Below, one piece after another: positions 9,790 through 18,662 of a DNA stretch of 64,000 nucleotides (positions are counted from its first letter, which is position 1; every line of letters starts with the position of its first letter). The translations under genes were made by a program, and so were the position numbers. Source of the DNA: Thermoproteota archaeon (GTDB lineage: Archaea > Thermoproteota > EX4484-205 > JAAOZP01); the NCBI GenBank assembly GCA_049700215.1, contig JBNAVT010000005.1, positions 1-64,000 of the forward strand. Direction: 5' to 3'. The notes beneath the pieces were generated by a model. It saw nothing but the letters and a program-made list of their open reading frames with translations. It was not told the origin of the DNA and did no database searches.

Positions 9790-11049
9790 ATGAAGATAGG
9801 GGTTTTTGCCGACACACATATAGGGAGAAACATACCTAGAGAGGTCGGCGAACTCAGGAGAAACGCTTATCGCCACGCCTTCACTCAGGCCATTAGTATT
9901 TTCATAGAGGAAAAAGTGGAATGCGTGATTCATGCGGGAGACCTCTTTGAGAAACGCAGCATGATATCTGAGGACAGTGTTTTCGTCAAGGAGGAGTTGC
10001 AGCGCTTAGTCAACTCTATCCGCGAGGAACACGGTGGAGAAGTATCCGTATTCCTCATCAGGGGGAACCATGACGGCGCCCTTGACAATAATGCTCTGGA
10101 TTTCGTTAAGCATCCTCTCGCAAAATATCTTAAGGTAGTTGGTGAGGCTGCGATAAGGGGGGAGGAGGAATCCTATTTTTTCAACGGCATCCGGTTAATA
10201 GGGCTGCCTTACCATCCATACATATCGCGTGTTTTCAAGAATGTTAAGAACGTGATCCAGAGGGGGTTTAAGAAAGAGGGAGAGATTAAGATCCTCGCAA
10301 TTCACAACTTTATTCAGGGGTATCACGAGGTTCCTCCAGGAGTCCCGCCACATAACTGTCTTACAGTAAGGGATTTCGACGAGCTTGGGGTCGATATCGC
10401 TTTAGCCGGACACTATCATGGGAGGGTTAACCCGATGGAGAGTAATGGGACGCTTTTCCTAACGCCTGGTGCAACTGAGGCAGTCGACCTGTCTGATGAA
10501 GGACCATTCGGCGTCTACGTGCTGGAAGGGAGGCGAGTAAAGTTCCTACCGATAAAGCCTCTGCATGAAATACGCAACATTAAAGTGGATTCAAAGGGTG
10601 CGGTGAAACCTTGTGAATGGTTCATCGAGCAGTCTGCTCGCGAGATAGATGCCTACTCCTCAGATCTTCAGGCAAGGGGTATTGATGGGATGCTTCGCCT
10701 GGTGTTAAGCGGGTACACTGAGAATGACCCGCATAACATAGACCTGTCTCTCCGGAGGGAGATTTCGAAGAAAACCGTCTCAACCAGGTTACTGCACGTC
10801 GACTTAGTTAACCGTGTTGAAGACGTTAGGCAGAGAGCAGTCTTCTCTAGGCTTGGCAGTGGTCTCGACTATGCGATGGGGATTTTGAAATCGCTCGGAG
10901 AAATGTCTGATGAAGCGATGAAGATCGTGGAGGAGCTAAGTATAACGCTTGATGAAAAGGCAAGTCAGAGAACAGGGCTTCTCACAGACTCCGATAGGAG
11001 CCGCTTCGTAAAACGCTGGGTTCAGGTCTTAGAGAAGGCGGGTGGTTGA
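9790..11049 (+). CDS. mre11: Mre11/SbcD nuclease
   Basis: Phosphoesterase motifs DTHIG, GDLFE, GNHD, HN and GHYH, located between herA and rad50. The start is ATG 9790 or GTG 9787. Confidence 0.9.
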   Translation: MKIGVFADTHIGRNIPREVGELRRNAYRHAFTQAISIFIEEKVECVIHAGDLFEKRSMISEDSVFVKEELQRLVNSIREEHGGEVSVFLIRGNHDGALDNNALDFVKHPLAKYLKVVGEAAIRGEEESYFFNGIRLIGLPYHPYISRVFKNVKNVIQRGFKKEGEIKILAIHNFIQGYHEVPPGVPPHNCLTVRDFDELGVDIALAGHYHGRVNPMESNGTLFLTPGATEAVDLSDEGPFGVYVLEGRRVKFLPIKPLHEIRNIKVDSKGAVKPCEWFIEQSAREIDAYSSDLQARGIDGMLRLVLSGYTENDPHNIDLSLRREISKKTVSTRLLHVDLVNRVEDVRQRAVFSRLGSGLDYAMGILKSLGEMSDEAMKIVEELSITLDEKASQRTGLLTDSDRSRFVKRWVQVLEKAGG

Positions 11050-11050
11050 A

Positions 11051-13042
11051 ATGAGTGGCTTAATCGAAACGCTTAGACTCAGAAACCTGGAGCGTTACAG
11101 GAGTGTTCAGCTGGATTTCTCGGCTGGGCTTAACCTCATAAAAGGTAGGAATTCAACGGGTAAAACGACTCTGCTTAACGCATTGACGTTTGCGCTTTTC
11201 GGCGAGGTGCCCGAGGCTAGGCCGAAGCTGCTGGTTTCAAAGCTACCGGGCTCAGGGGAGATGAGTGTCTACGTAAGGTTCAGGAGCCCGGTTAGCGGCC
11301 AGATTGTTGAAGTTGAGAGGAGGGGCGGTTTAGACAGGAACGGGGATTACAGGACTGGGGAGCGAATGCTCCGGATCGACGGTAAAAACGTTTCTCTGGG
11401 AAGTGAGGAGGACTTAAGGAGCAGGATTACTGAACTTCTCGGGATGAGTCTAAGGAAGTTCATCAACCTAGTCTATATTAGGCAGGGTAGGTTAACCGAG
11501 ATACTGGAGCCGCAGAGAGAACACATGGATTCAGTAATGGGGATAACGTTGTTAAGAGAGCTGCGTGAACAGTTAGATGGAGCACGGAGAGAGCTGGAGA
11601 GGTTTAACGGGAAGGATGTTGCAACCGAGGTTCAGAATCTTGAGGAACGGGTGCCGGAGCTCGATTCCAGCCTAAGACAGATGGATGAAGACATTGACCG
11701 GTTGAATAAGGAGGTTCAGGATCTTGAAAACCTTTTGAAGAAGGCTGAATCAACTGAGTTAACCGAGCTTCTCGACTGTATTAAGAGGAGGGAGGAGATT
11801 GAGGAGGAGCTTAAGAAGATTTCTTCAAGGAGTCAAGAGCTTCTGGAGCATTCCGGCGTCTCTTCGATTGAGGAGTTGGAGGAAAAAATGAGTCTAAGTG
11901 AAAAGGAGCTGGAAACACTGAAAGCAGCGAGAAACAGTTTGAAGAAGGAGCTTGATGCCTCCATGGAGAAATGGTTAAACGTGAAAAGCCGTGTTGAAAG
12001 CCTTGCTAGGCAAGTAAGGGAGCGCGAGTCTCTCGCTGGAAGCGGGGCTTCTAAATGCCCAACGTGCGGTCAAGACCTGCAACCCGCCGTAATCCAGAGA
12101 ATCCTGGAGGAGGATCGCGGCTCGTTAGCCAGGGCTAGTCTCGAGGAGGCTGAGGCGAGGAAGGTTTACGAGACGAGAAACGTTGAGCTTCAAAAACTTG
12201 TTGAAAAAATAAACGCTGCTGAAGGCGAGTGCTCAAGGATGAAGGCCCTTAGAAGCCGTCTAAAGGAATATTTGGATTCTGCTGAAACCCTCGTGAAAAC
12301 AAGAAGTGAAACACTAGCTATGATAAGGGAGAAACTAACAGTCCTTGAACTGCCTTTCACCCACGAGGATCCTGAACTGAAGCTGAAGCTAGCCCAGCAG
12401 CTCCCCCTCCAGCCAGAGGAGTTAGCCAGGAGGAGGAGTGAGCTTGCTGAGAAGAAGAAGATTTTAGAGAAGAAGAAGAGTATTAGAGCGGATACAAGTA
12501 AGAAACTGGAGGACTATAGGAGGCTGCTCAACGAGCTTAAAAGAAGGCTGGAGAAGGCTGGTCTCGCGCACAGGCTTTCTCAACTCTTCGACCAGGCTGT
12601 TGAAACCAGGAGGAGAGAACTGATAAAACGCATAGAGTTCCGAGCATTAGAATACTATAGGGCTATGACGGATCAGCACGTTTATGACGCTATAATCATA
12701 AGCCCGGAGGACTATTCTGTTTCAGTGCATCCGAAAGGGTTGACGGACCCTATTCCTGCGACAAGAGTTGGAGGAGGTCACCAAACTATTCTAGCTCTAG
12801 CCATACGCCTTGCACTCCTCGATGCGCTAAGCCTGAATTCACTGCTGATACTGGATGAGCCAACCTACGGTGTTGATTCAGAAAACCTTCCCCAGGTTGC
12901 AAGCTACATAGGGGAAGCCTCCAAACAACTCTCTCAAATGATACTCGTAACCCACTACAATATTTGTGAGGAAGAGGCTTCAAACATCATAGAAGTGAGT
13001 GTTCAAGAAGACGGGTCATCCAAAGCCGAGATTAAAACATAG
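11051..13042 (+). CDS. rad50: Rad50/SbcC SMC-family ATPase, short form (663 aa)
   Basis: Walker A GRNSTGKTT, Q-loop YIRQG, coiled coils, central zinc hook CPTCG, Walker B LILDEPT and H-loop VTH. Confidence 0.9.
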   Translation: MSGLIETLRLRNLERYRSVQLDFSAGLNLIKGRNSTGKTTLLNALTFALFGEVPEARPKLLVSKLPGSGEMSVYVRFRSPVSGQIVEVERRGGLDRNGDYRTGERMLRIDGKNVSLGSEEDLRSRITELLGMSLRKFINLVYIRQGRLTEILEPQREHMDSVMGITLLRELREQLDGARRELERFNGKDVATEVQNLEERVPELDSSLRQMDEDIDRLNKEVQDLENLLKKAESTELTELLDCIKRREEIEEELKKISSRSQELLEHSGVSSIEELEEKMSLSEKELETLKAARNSLKKELDASMEKWLNVKSRVESLARQVRERESLAGSGASKCPTCGQDLQPAVIQRILEEDRGSLARASLEEAEARKVYETRNVELQKLVEKINAAEGECSRMKALRSRLKEYLDSAETLVKTRSETLAMIREKLTVLELPFTHEDPELKLKLAQQLPLQPEELARRRSELAEKKKILEKKKSIRADTSKKLEDYRRLLNELKRRLEKAGLAHRLSQLFDQAVETRRRELIKRIEFRALEYYRAMTDQHVYDAIIISPEDYSVSVHPKGLTDPIPATRVGGGHQTILALAIRLALLDALSLNSLLILDEPTYGVDSENLPQVASYIGEASKQLSQMILVTHYNICEEEASNIIEVSVQEDGSSKAEIKT

Positions 13043-13113
13043 ATTACTAGAAGCCAGGTCTCCTAGGATTTAGGTGGGAATGTCTAGCTTGATTGACTTT
13101 TATTCCATATCGT

Positions 13114-14253
13114 TTAATCCCAAAGCGCATCTAGCTTGATCGACTTGTCGGGTAGAATTGCTGTATAGCGATTCAATCCAACATGGTCATCGAGCGAAAA
13201 TGGTCCTTGCCACTTATTATGGGTCGGAGCACCGAAACAGGCCTCTGCTTTAAGTTCAGTCAAATCGTAAATTACTGAAAACAAGGTTCCGAAATAGTCG
13301 GTGTAGTAATGTCCGCAGACTCCTTCATATATTTCCTTGGAGAGTATGCCTCTGACTATCTTTCTACTGACGTTGGGTGATGCTTGTGACAGTCGCTTGC
13401 TAATCAGTTCAAACCTCTTCTTGGAATTTTTCAGTATCCAATCGCCAGCGTATTCCTGGTATTTCACCATGTCTGGCAGGAAATAGTGGTTGGTTGAAAA
13501 CAAGAATTGTTCAGCTGAGTCAGGGCCTATTCTTTTAAATGAGCTTTTTCCATCAAAGAACTGTGCCAAAGCAGCGTTATTATTTTTATCCGTCACTAGA
13601 AAGCTCCAGTATCCGCTAACCGGCATTTTCTCTAAGTGCTCTATCGCCTCGTCTACTGTTCTACAATTGTCCAGTAGGGTCCTAACTACTAGGAAGAAGT
13701 TGAATCCTCTTCTCGTAGGCTCTCTTTTGAAGATTCCGCATCCTGCGAATGTGACGCACAGCCCGTGGGAGTTCATTCCGTCATCTCGACCGAGAAAGTA
13801 TTCTGTAAAACCAGTGTGCTTCACCTTCCCCTTGATCCTGACAGTGCATAGGCGGAAATCGTTCATCTCATGATGGTATTCATAGCTCCTCCCCACATAG
13901 ACATGTTTATCACGGGTTGATGAGGATAGAACAGCTATTTGGCTACAGTTACCAGGCTGGTATATCGGAGGATTATAGATTTGGAGTTTTTCAGACCCGA
14001 CTCCAAGACTGTCAGCTAAACCCTGTATTTCATCAGTAATGCCTGGGCAATTCTCCTCATAGAAAGACTGAAGTTCCTCGAAGCTGCTGAAACCAAGCTT
14101 GCCTGCGTTGACCTCTGCGGAGGAGAACCATTTTGCTGCTTCCGGGCTCCGTCTTTTAAGAACTTCCCCCTGTTGCAATCCGACCTCGTAACTAGAACCT
14201 TCCAGTACTAGGTGTTGAAATTCCCTTCTTATCATAGTGTAGTCTTGACTCAA
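13114..14253 (-). CDS. C45-family autoproteolytic Ntn-hydrolase (acyltransferase/choloylglycine hydrolase-like)
   Basis: GNCSQ processing site, GRSYEY, DGMNSHGL, STNHY and GTLFS. SD aaggag precedes the TTG start. Confidence 0.85.
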   Translation of the reverse strand: MSQDYTMIRREFQHLVLEGSSYEVGLQQGEVLKRRSPEAAKWFSSAEVNAGKLGFSSFEELQSFYEENCPGITDEIQGLADSLGVGSEKLQIYNPPIYQPGNCSQIAVLSSSTRDKHVYVGRSYEYHHEMNDFRLCTVRIKGKVKHTGFTEYFLGRDDGMNSHGLCVTFAGCGIFKREPTRRGFNFFLVVRTLLDNCRTVDEAIEHLEKMPVSGYWSFLVTDKNNNAALAQFFDGKSSFKRIGPDSAEQFLFSTNHYFLPDMVKYQEYAGDWILKNSKKRFELISKRLSQASPNVSRKIVRGILSKEIYEGVCGHYYTDYFGTLFSVIYDLTELKAEACFGAPTHNKWQGPFSLDDHVGLNRYTAILPDKSIKLDALWD

Positions 14254-14372
14254 GTATGCTCCTTCTCCATGTCCTTAGCGCTGTTAGGTCTTAATAAGAC
14301 TTCTATAAACCGTCGAGAAGCAGGTCTAGCCCTAATGACTATATACTGCTCCATGTAATCTAAATCATTGAG

Positions 14373-14387
14373 GCAAAAGTTATATTT
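14373..14387 (+). promoter_or_regulatory. BRE + TATA box
   Basis: gcaaaag-ttatattt ends about 33 nt upstream of ATG 14420. Confidence 0.5.
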
Positions 14388-14419
14388 CTGAACATACTGT
14401 TGATTACGGTTGGTTAAGC

Positions 14420-14908
14420 ATGAGGGTGTTGATAACCTACTACTCGAAAACTGGGAACACGGAAAGGATGGCGCGAGCTGTAGTAGCTGGGGTGAAGGAG
14501 GCTAAAGGGGTCATTGTTAAGCTTAAACGGGTTGAGAAAACTTCCTTGAAAGACTTGGTTGAGTCAGACATTATAATAGTCGGGTCCCCGACCTACTACG
14601 GGTTAATGGCTGCTCCTGTGAAAAGGCTTTTAGATGAAAGCGTTAAGATACATGGGAAGCTTGAAGGAAAGGTTGGGGGTGCTTTCACATCTTCAGGCGG
14701 AAGTGCAACAGGTGCTGAAACAACTCTTATGTCGATACTGCAAGCCCTACTTGTCCACGGTATGATTATACAGGGGAATCCGGAGGACAAGCATTACGGG
14801 GTTGCCTGCGTAGGGAAACCGGGCAAGAAGGATCTTGAACAATGCAGGAAGCTCGGAAAAAGACTTACGATGCTCGCCTCACGCCTGATTAAACCTGATT
14901 CCCTCTAA
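14420..14908 (+). CDS. Flavodoxin-like WrbA-type NAD(P)H oxidoreductase
   Basis: YYSKTGNTERMA, GSPTYYG and GKVGGAFTSSGG motifs. Confidence 0.9.
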   Translation: MRVLITYYSKTGNTERMARAVVAGVKEAKGVIVKLKRVEKTSLKDLVESDIIIVGSPTYYGLMAAPVKRLLDESVKIHGKLEGKVGGAFTSSGGSATGAETTLMSILQALLVHGMIIQGNPEDKHYGVACVGKPGKKDLEQCRKLGKRLTMLASRLIKPDSL

Positions 14909-14911
14909 GCA

Positions 14912-15373
14912 TTATTTTTCAATAAGTTTTTCAGCAACTATTTTTGCAACTTCCTCAAATAGGAGCTTATCCTCATCGCTGAACGCGTTTAAAAGATCGC
15001 TGTCCACATCTATCTCCCCTATCACCCTCTCCCCGAAAACTATTGGGACAACAATTTCAGACTTAGTAGATGGGAAGCACGCAATATACCTGGGTTCCTT
15101 ACTGACATCAGGGACTATGACTGTTTCCCCTATTTGAGCAGCCAAGCCACAGATTCCTTCTCCCATCTTTATCTTAACGTGCTTCGTCTCCTGCTCTCCA
15201 GAGAAAACCCGCAAAACTAGGAAACCATCTTCCACCATGTATATTCCCACCCAAGAATAGTGTTTTCTAAAATCCCTAAGCTTATCAACAACCTTCCTTA
15301 AGAACTCATTAATATTATCTGCAGGCAATCTCTGAATTTCCTTGATGATAACAGACATTTTCTGCTCGGTCAT
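14912..15373 (-). CDS. GAF-domain protein, free methionine-R-sulfoxide reductase (fRMsr/MsrC)-like
   Basis: WVGIY, GEGICG, YIAC, SEIVVP and GEIDVDS motifs. ATGA overlap with the upstream gene. Confidence 0.8.
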   Translation of the reverse strand: MTEQKMSVIIKEIQRLPADNINEFLRKVVDKLRDFRKHYSWVGIYMVEDGFLVLRVFSGEQETKHVKIKMGEGICGLAAQIGETVIVPDVSKEPRYIACFPSTKSEIVVPIVFGERVIGEIDVDSDLLNAFSDEDKLLFEEVAKIVAEKLIEK

Positions 15374-15918
15374 TTCTCAGCTAATATTTCTTCCAGTACC
15401 TTTAACGTTTTATCCTTCTTAGCTTCCACTTTAACTTTTCTCAAATCTACCCTCGTGAACTTCAAGATGCCCTTAATGTCTTCAACATCCTTAATGACTC
15501 TATTCTTAGGAATAGTTGCCTTAATCATTCGAAGCTTTGCTAAGATTACTTCTTCAGGCTTCTGGAAAAACGTGTTTACGTTAGCAATTATACCCGGTCT
15601 TCTACCAATCCTTTTTTCAGAAATTATTATGTCAACACTGTAAGGAGTCCTTTCATCCCTAATAGTGAAAATCCTGTAACCAGATTTAAATACACTATTT
15701 ATTGCTTTCTCGTCAATCTTCAGCCCCGCATTTCTCAATGCGGAGACAAGCATATCCATATCCTTCTTGTTAGAGACCCTTACGATAACATCAACATCTA
15801 CAGTAGAGCGGGGAACCCCGTAGAAACTAGCTGCCAAAGCACCAGTGAAAGCATACTCTAGCTTCACATCTTCAAATGCGGCCGCGAGCCTTCTAACTAG
15901 GTTTCTGAATGTCCTCAA
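15370..15918 (-). CDS. Nucleotidyltransferase (DUF6036/AbiEii-like), putative TA toxin
   Basis: TGALAASFYGVPRSTVDVD (G..RxTxDxD), PEEVILAKL and KDVEDI motifs. Confidence 0.75.
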   Translation of the reverse strand: MRTFRNLVRRLAAAFEDVKLEYAFTGALAASFYGVPRSTVDVDVIVRVSNKKDMDMLVSALRNAGLKIDEKAINSVFKSGYRIFTIRDERTPYSVDIIISEKRIGRRPGIIANVNTFFQKPEEVILAKLRMIKATIPKNRVIKDVEDIKGILKFTRVDLRKVKVEAKKDKTLKVLEEILAEK

Positions 15919-16130
15919 ACACTCTTAAACCTCCGTTTCCATTCCTGGTTTCTTTTCATCCATTCAACACGTTTTCTGAGTTCTTCAAACAGACGCTTCT
16001 CGTCAAGATTAGGGTTCTCTGCCTTGATTCCAGCAGCACAGAGCTGCATGCAGGCATCACTTATCTCGAGTGCTACTTCTATCTTCTGTTCAGGTTTAAG
16101 GTTACTCCACTGTTCTGCCCGCTTATTCAA
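15915..16130 (-). CDS. Small helical protein coupled to the nucleotidyltransferase, putative antitoxin/partner
   Basis: 71 aa ('WSNLKPEQKIEVALEISD...GIKAENP'), SD aaggtg, and a TTGA overlap with the NTase gene. Confidence 0.65.
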   Translation of the reverse strand: MNKRAEQWSNLKPEQKIEVALEISDACMQLCAAGIKAENPNLDEKRLFEELRKRVEWMKRNQEWKRRFKSV

Positions 16131-16134
16131 TGCG

Positions 16135-16160
16135 CTGCACCTTTAACATTGAAGGTGCAG
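16135..16160. promoter_or_regulatory. 9-bp inverted repeat at the start of the TA-like operon, putative operator
   Basis: ctgcacctt-N8-aaggtgcag lies between a minus-strand TATA-like tract (about 16168-16180) and TTG 16130. Confidence 0.55.
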
Positions 16161-16360
16161 GGCCAGATTATAAAAATTTAATATAAAACTCGGAGAAGGA
16201 TTAAATAGCTTATTTTTGCTCTAATGTTAAGTATGTGCAATAGGAGGTTATAGACATAAAACCTTACACTCGATGCACGATTTCTAGCGTGTGCACGGAT
16301 CAAACTCTTCTCAGCATCAAAAAACTGCTGGTTGCAAGATGTTGTTAGCGAGTTCAAGTG

Positions 16361-16543
16361 TTACATCTTAGATGCTTGTTCTCCCCGAGTTCCCCAGTTG
16401 CTTCTCGGCACATCATGAATGATTATATTAAGCCATTCGGGTTTCACGCCGATTTCCTCAAATGCTCTGGTTATTCCCTTTATGAGCTTCTCCTTCTGCT
16501 CCTCAGAACCGCTCTCCCACATTTCAACTATAACCACGGGCAT
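16361..16543 (-). CDS. 4-oxalocrotonate tautomerase family protein
   Basis: The likely start is ATG 16543, giving 60 aa (MPVVIVEMW...EEQKEKLIKGIT...NWG) with the catalytic Pro1. Confidence 0.9.
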   Translation of the reverse strand: MPVVIVEMWESGSEEQKEKLIKGITRAFEEIGVKPEWLNIIIHDVPRSNWGTRGEQASKM

Positions 16544-16647
16544 CCTAACCACCCTGTACTTCCTCTGTGCAGAATCATATTTAGGTTTTTTTATCAATTA
16601 ACAGGTTGAAATCGACAGCCAGGCTTCTGAGGGTGAATCAGGGTGTG

Positions 16648-17490
16648 TTAGGAACCTGCCTGCCGTACTAAGACCGTAAGCGTATAAGTGTACCTGGTTT
16701 CGCTCCACTCAGCATACGGGAAGAAGGCTTCTAAAACATAGGTACCCGCCTCGTTGAAAGCATGGTTATACTCGGATTCGACGGTTCCGCCTGCTTTTAA
16801 AACACGGTTTTGAATAACCTGAATACATGGTTTTTCAGGATCGTGGCCAATCGGGTAGAGCTCAGTTATCCCGCCGCCCGGGGCCTGAAGAAGTATTTTG
16901 AAATCCGGGCTGCACGGCGTTGGGGCAGCGTAGGTGAAATCCTCCTGCGCAGGGTTAAAAGCTATCGCAAGTATTTTCAAAGTTTCACCCTTGTTGACGA
17001 CCAGCTTATCCGTCTTCAAGTAGAAAACTATTTTCGAGTATCCTGATGCGAAACTGCTCAATTCTCGCAGCAGGCTGGCGAGGTAGTAGAGTTCTCCAGG
17101 CAGTTCTCCGCTGACATCCGTCCAATAATAGGTTACTGTCCTACCCTTGCTGTAGATAGTCAGGTTGTAAATGAAATAGTCTGCCCCGCTTCCAGGCTCA
17201 AGTTTTAAGCCATCTGGGTATGCTTCGAGAAGAGTCTTCATCCTGTGCAGCAATTCGTCGCTTGTTGAAATCGGCATTACTGCGGAGCCGCTCCTGTTCC
17301 TAACAGGGTCGTTGAAGACGATGCTTCCGTTAGAATAGTACTCGTATTTTTCACGCCTAGCCCAAAAACCGCCTGAAACCGTTAACTCCATTATTTTCTC
17401 CGGCTTTCTTTGAAAACCGATTATAATGACTGTTGCAGCAGCCAGAACCACCAGTACTCCTAGAAAAAACTTCAGTTTCAACCCGCTCAT
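16648..17490 (-). CDS. Membrane-anchored protein with an emfourin-like domain and a BsuPI-like Ig domain
   Basis: N-terminal signal/TM helix. SGGF...GADYFIYNLTI...PGELYYLASLL resembles emfourin, and TPCSPDF...CIQVI...GTYVLEA resembles BsuPI. The CDS is secure but the domain names are tentative. Confidence 0.6.
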   Translation of the reverse strand: MSGLKLKFFLGVLVVLAAATVIIIGFQRKPEKIMELTVSGGFWARREKYEYYSNGSIVFNDPVRNRSGSAVMPISTSDELLHRMKTLLEAYPDGLKLEPGSGADYFIYNLTIYSKGRTVTYYWTDVSGELPGELYYLASLLRELSSFASGYSKIVFYLKTDKLVVNKGETLKILAIAFNPAQEDFTYAAPTPCSPDFKILLQAPGGGITELYPIGHDPEKPCIQVIQNRVLKAGGTVESEYNHAFNEAGTYVLEAFFPYAEWSETRYTYTLTVLVRQAGS

Positions 17491-17602
17491 AATGCTTACT
17501 CAAAGAGTCTAGGGGTATATAATGCTATTTTTTAGAACACTAGCCCATTAGGCGTTAATCGGCTAAAGACTTATTTCCCATATCTGACCATGAATATTCA
17601 AA

Positions 17603-18646
17603 ATGTCAGGCCGGAAACAAAGGGAGAAGCTTCTCTCCGCTTTAGAAGGGTTGACCAAGACCGTTGTGTTGGAGGCCGACGTGGGTTCAGCAATAGTTAC
17701 AGAGTACGGTGCCAGAGTGCTCGGCGTATTCGTCGGCGATAGGCAAAACCCCTTCTGGGTTTCGAAGAATCTGCAAGCGGTAATAAGCGGCGGTGAGTGG
17801 AACATCGGGGGAAACAGGCTCTGGGTTTCTCCTGAGAGAAGGTTCTACTATCGGAGGCCTGAAGGCTTTGAAGAATGGCTTTGCCAGTCTTCACTCGACC
17901 CTGGAGGCTGGTCAATAGCCGGCTCCAGCGTAAAAAGCGTGAATCTCGACGGCGAGGCGGAGCTAGAGGATTTCGCGAGCCAAACTAGGGTCCACATTTC
18001 TTTTTCAAGGCAGATCTCAATCCGTGGCGAAAGCATCAGGAAGGGCTTAGAATATGTGGGGCTTAGGGTCAGGGACGCTATGGCGGCCAGGGGGGAGGTT
18101 AAAAACGGGGTTAACCTTTGGTCTTTAACACAGGTGCGTTCCAGGGAGGGTGGGAGTGGCACAGTAATTGTCCCTACGCGCAGAGGCGCTAAGCCCATAC
18201 ACTACTTCGGGAAAATACCGGGAGACAGGTTGAGGGTCTCCAGCAACCATGTCTCGTTTAAAATAGACGGTGCCGCTGTCTATAAGCTGGGCATAGCTCC
18301 GGAGGATGTTCCTCAGCCAGGCTGCTCAAGAATACTTTATTATGTGGAGCATGGTAAGAACGGGGTTTTCCTCCTATCCATGAGGACCATGATGGCCCCG
18401 GTTAGCCAAGAGGAGTGTCTCGACGTGGCGAAGGCTGAGCCAGATGGTCCGAAAGGGTGTGTTCAGTCCTACAATTCTGGCCCAGACCTCTGTTTTGGAG
18501 AGATTGAGCTTCACTTTAAGCCGGCTGTTAGAGTCAAGGATTTACACGTATCATACGCTGACTACGATATAGAGGTTTTCGCAGGGAAGCATGGGGAGGT
18601 ATTGAGGCTTCTGAAGAGGATTGTTCCCAAGCCTTTTCTCTTTTGA
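17603..18646 (+). CDS. Hypothetical protein, DUF6786-like (beta-sandwich, probably carbohydrate-related)
   Basis: GARVLG, WNIGGNRLWVSPE and VQSYNSGP...FGEIELH motifs. Confidence 0.65.
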   Translation: MSGRKQREKLLSALEGLTKTVVLEADVGSAIVTEYGARVLGVFVGDRQNPFWVSKNLQAVISGGEWNIGGNRLWVSPERRFYYRRPEGFEEWLCQSSLDPGGWSIAGSSVKSVNLDGEAELEDFASQTRVHISFSRQISIRGESIRKGLEYVGLRVRDAMAARGEVKNGVNLWSLTQVRSREGGSGTVIVPTRRGAKPIHYFGKIPGDRLRVSSNHVSFKIDGAAVYKLGIAPEDVPQPGCSRILYYVEHGKNGVFLLSMRTMMAPVSQEECLDVAKAEPDGPKGCVQSYNSGPDLCFGEIELHFKPAVRVKDLHVSYADYDIEVFAGKHGEVLRLLKRIVPKPFLF

Positions 18647-18662
18647 AGACTACTGCTCCTCT

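Noticed and set aside
16200-16350. TATA-like tract and ggaggt SD followed by a short Cys-containing frame on the plus strand
   Set aside because: There is no valid start codon and no recognisable homology. It may be a remnant but cannot be supported.
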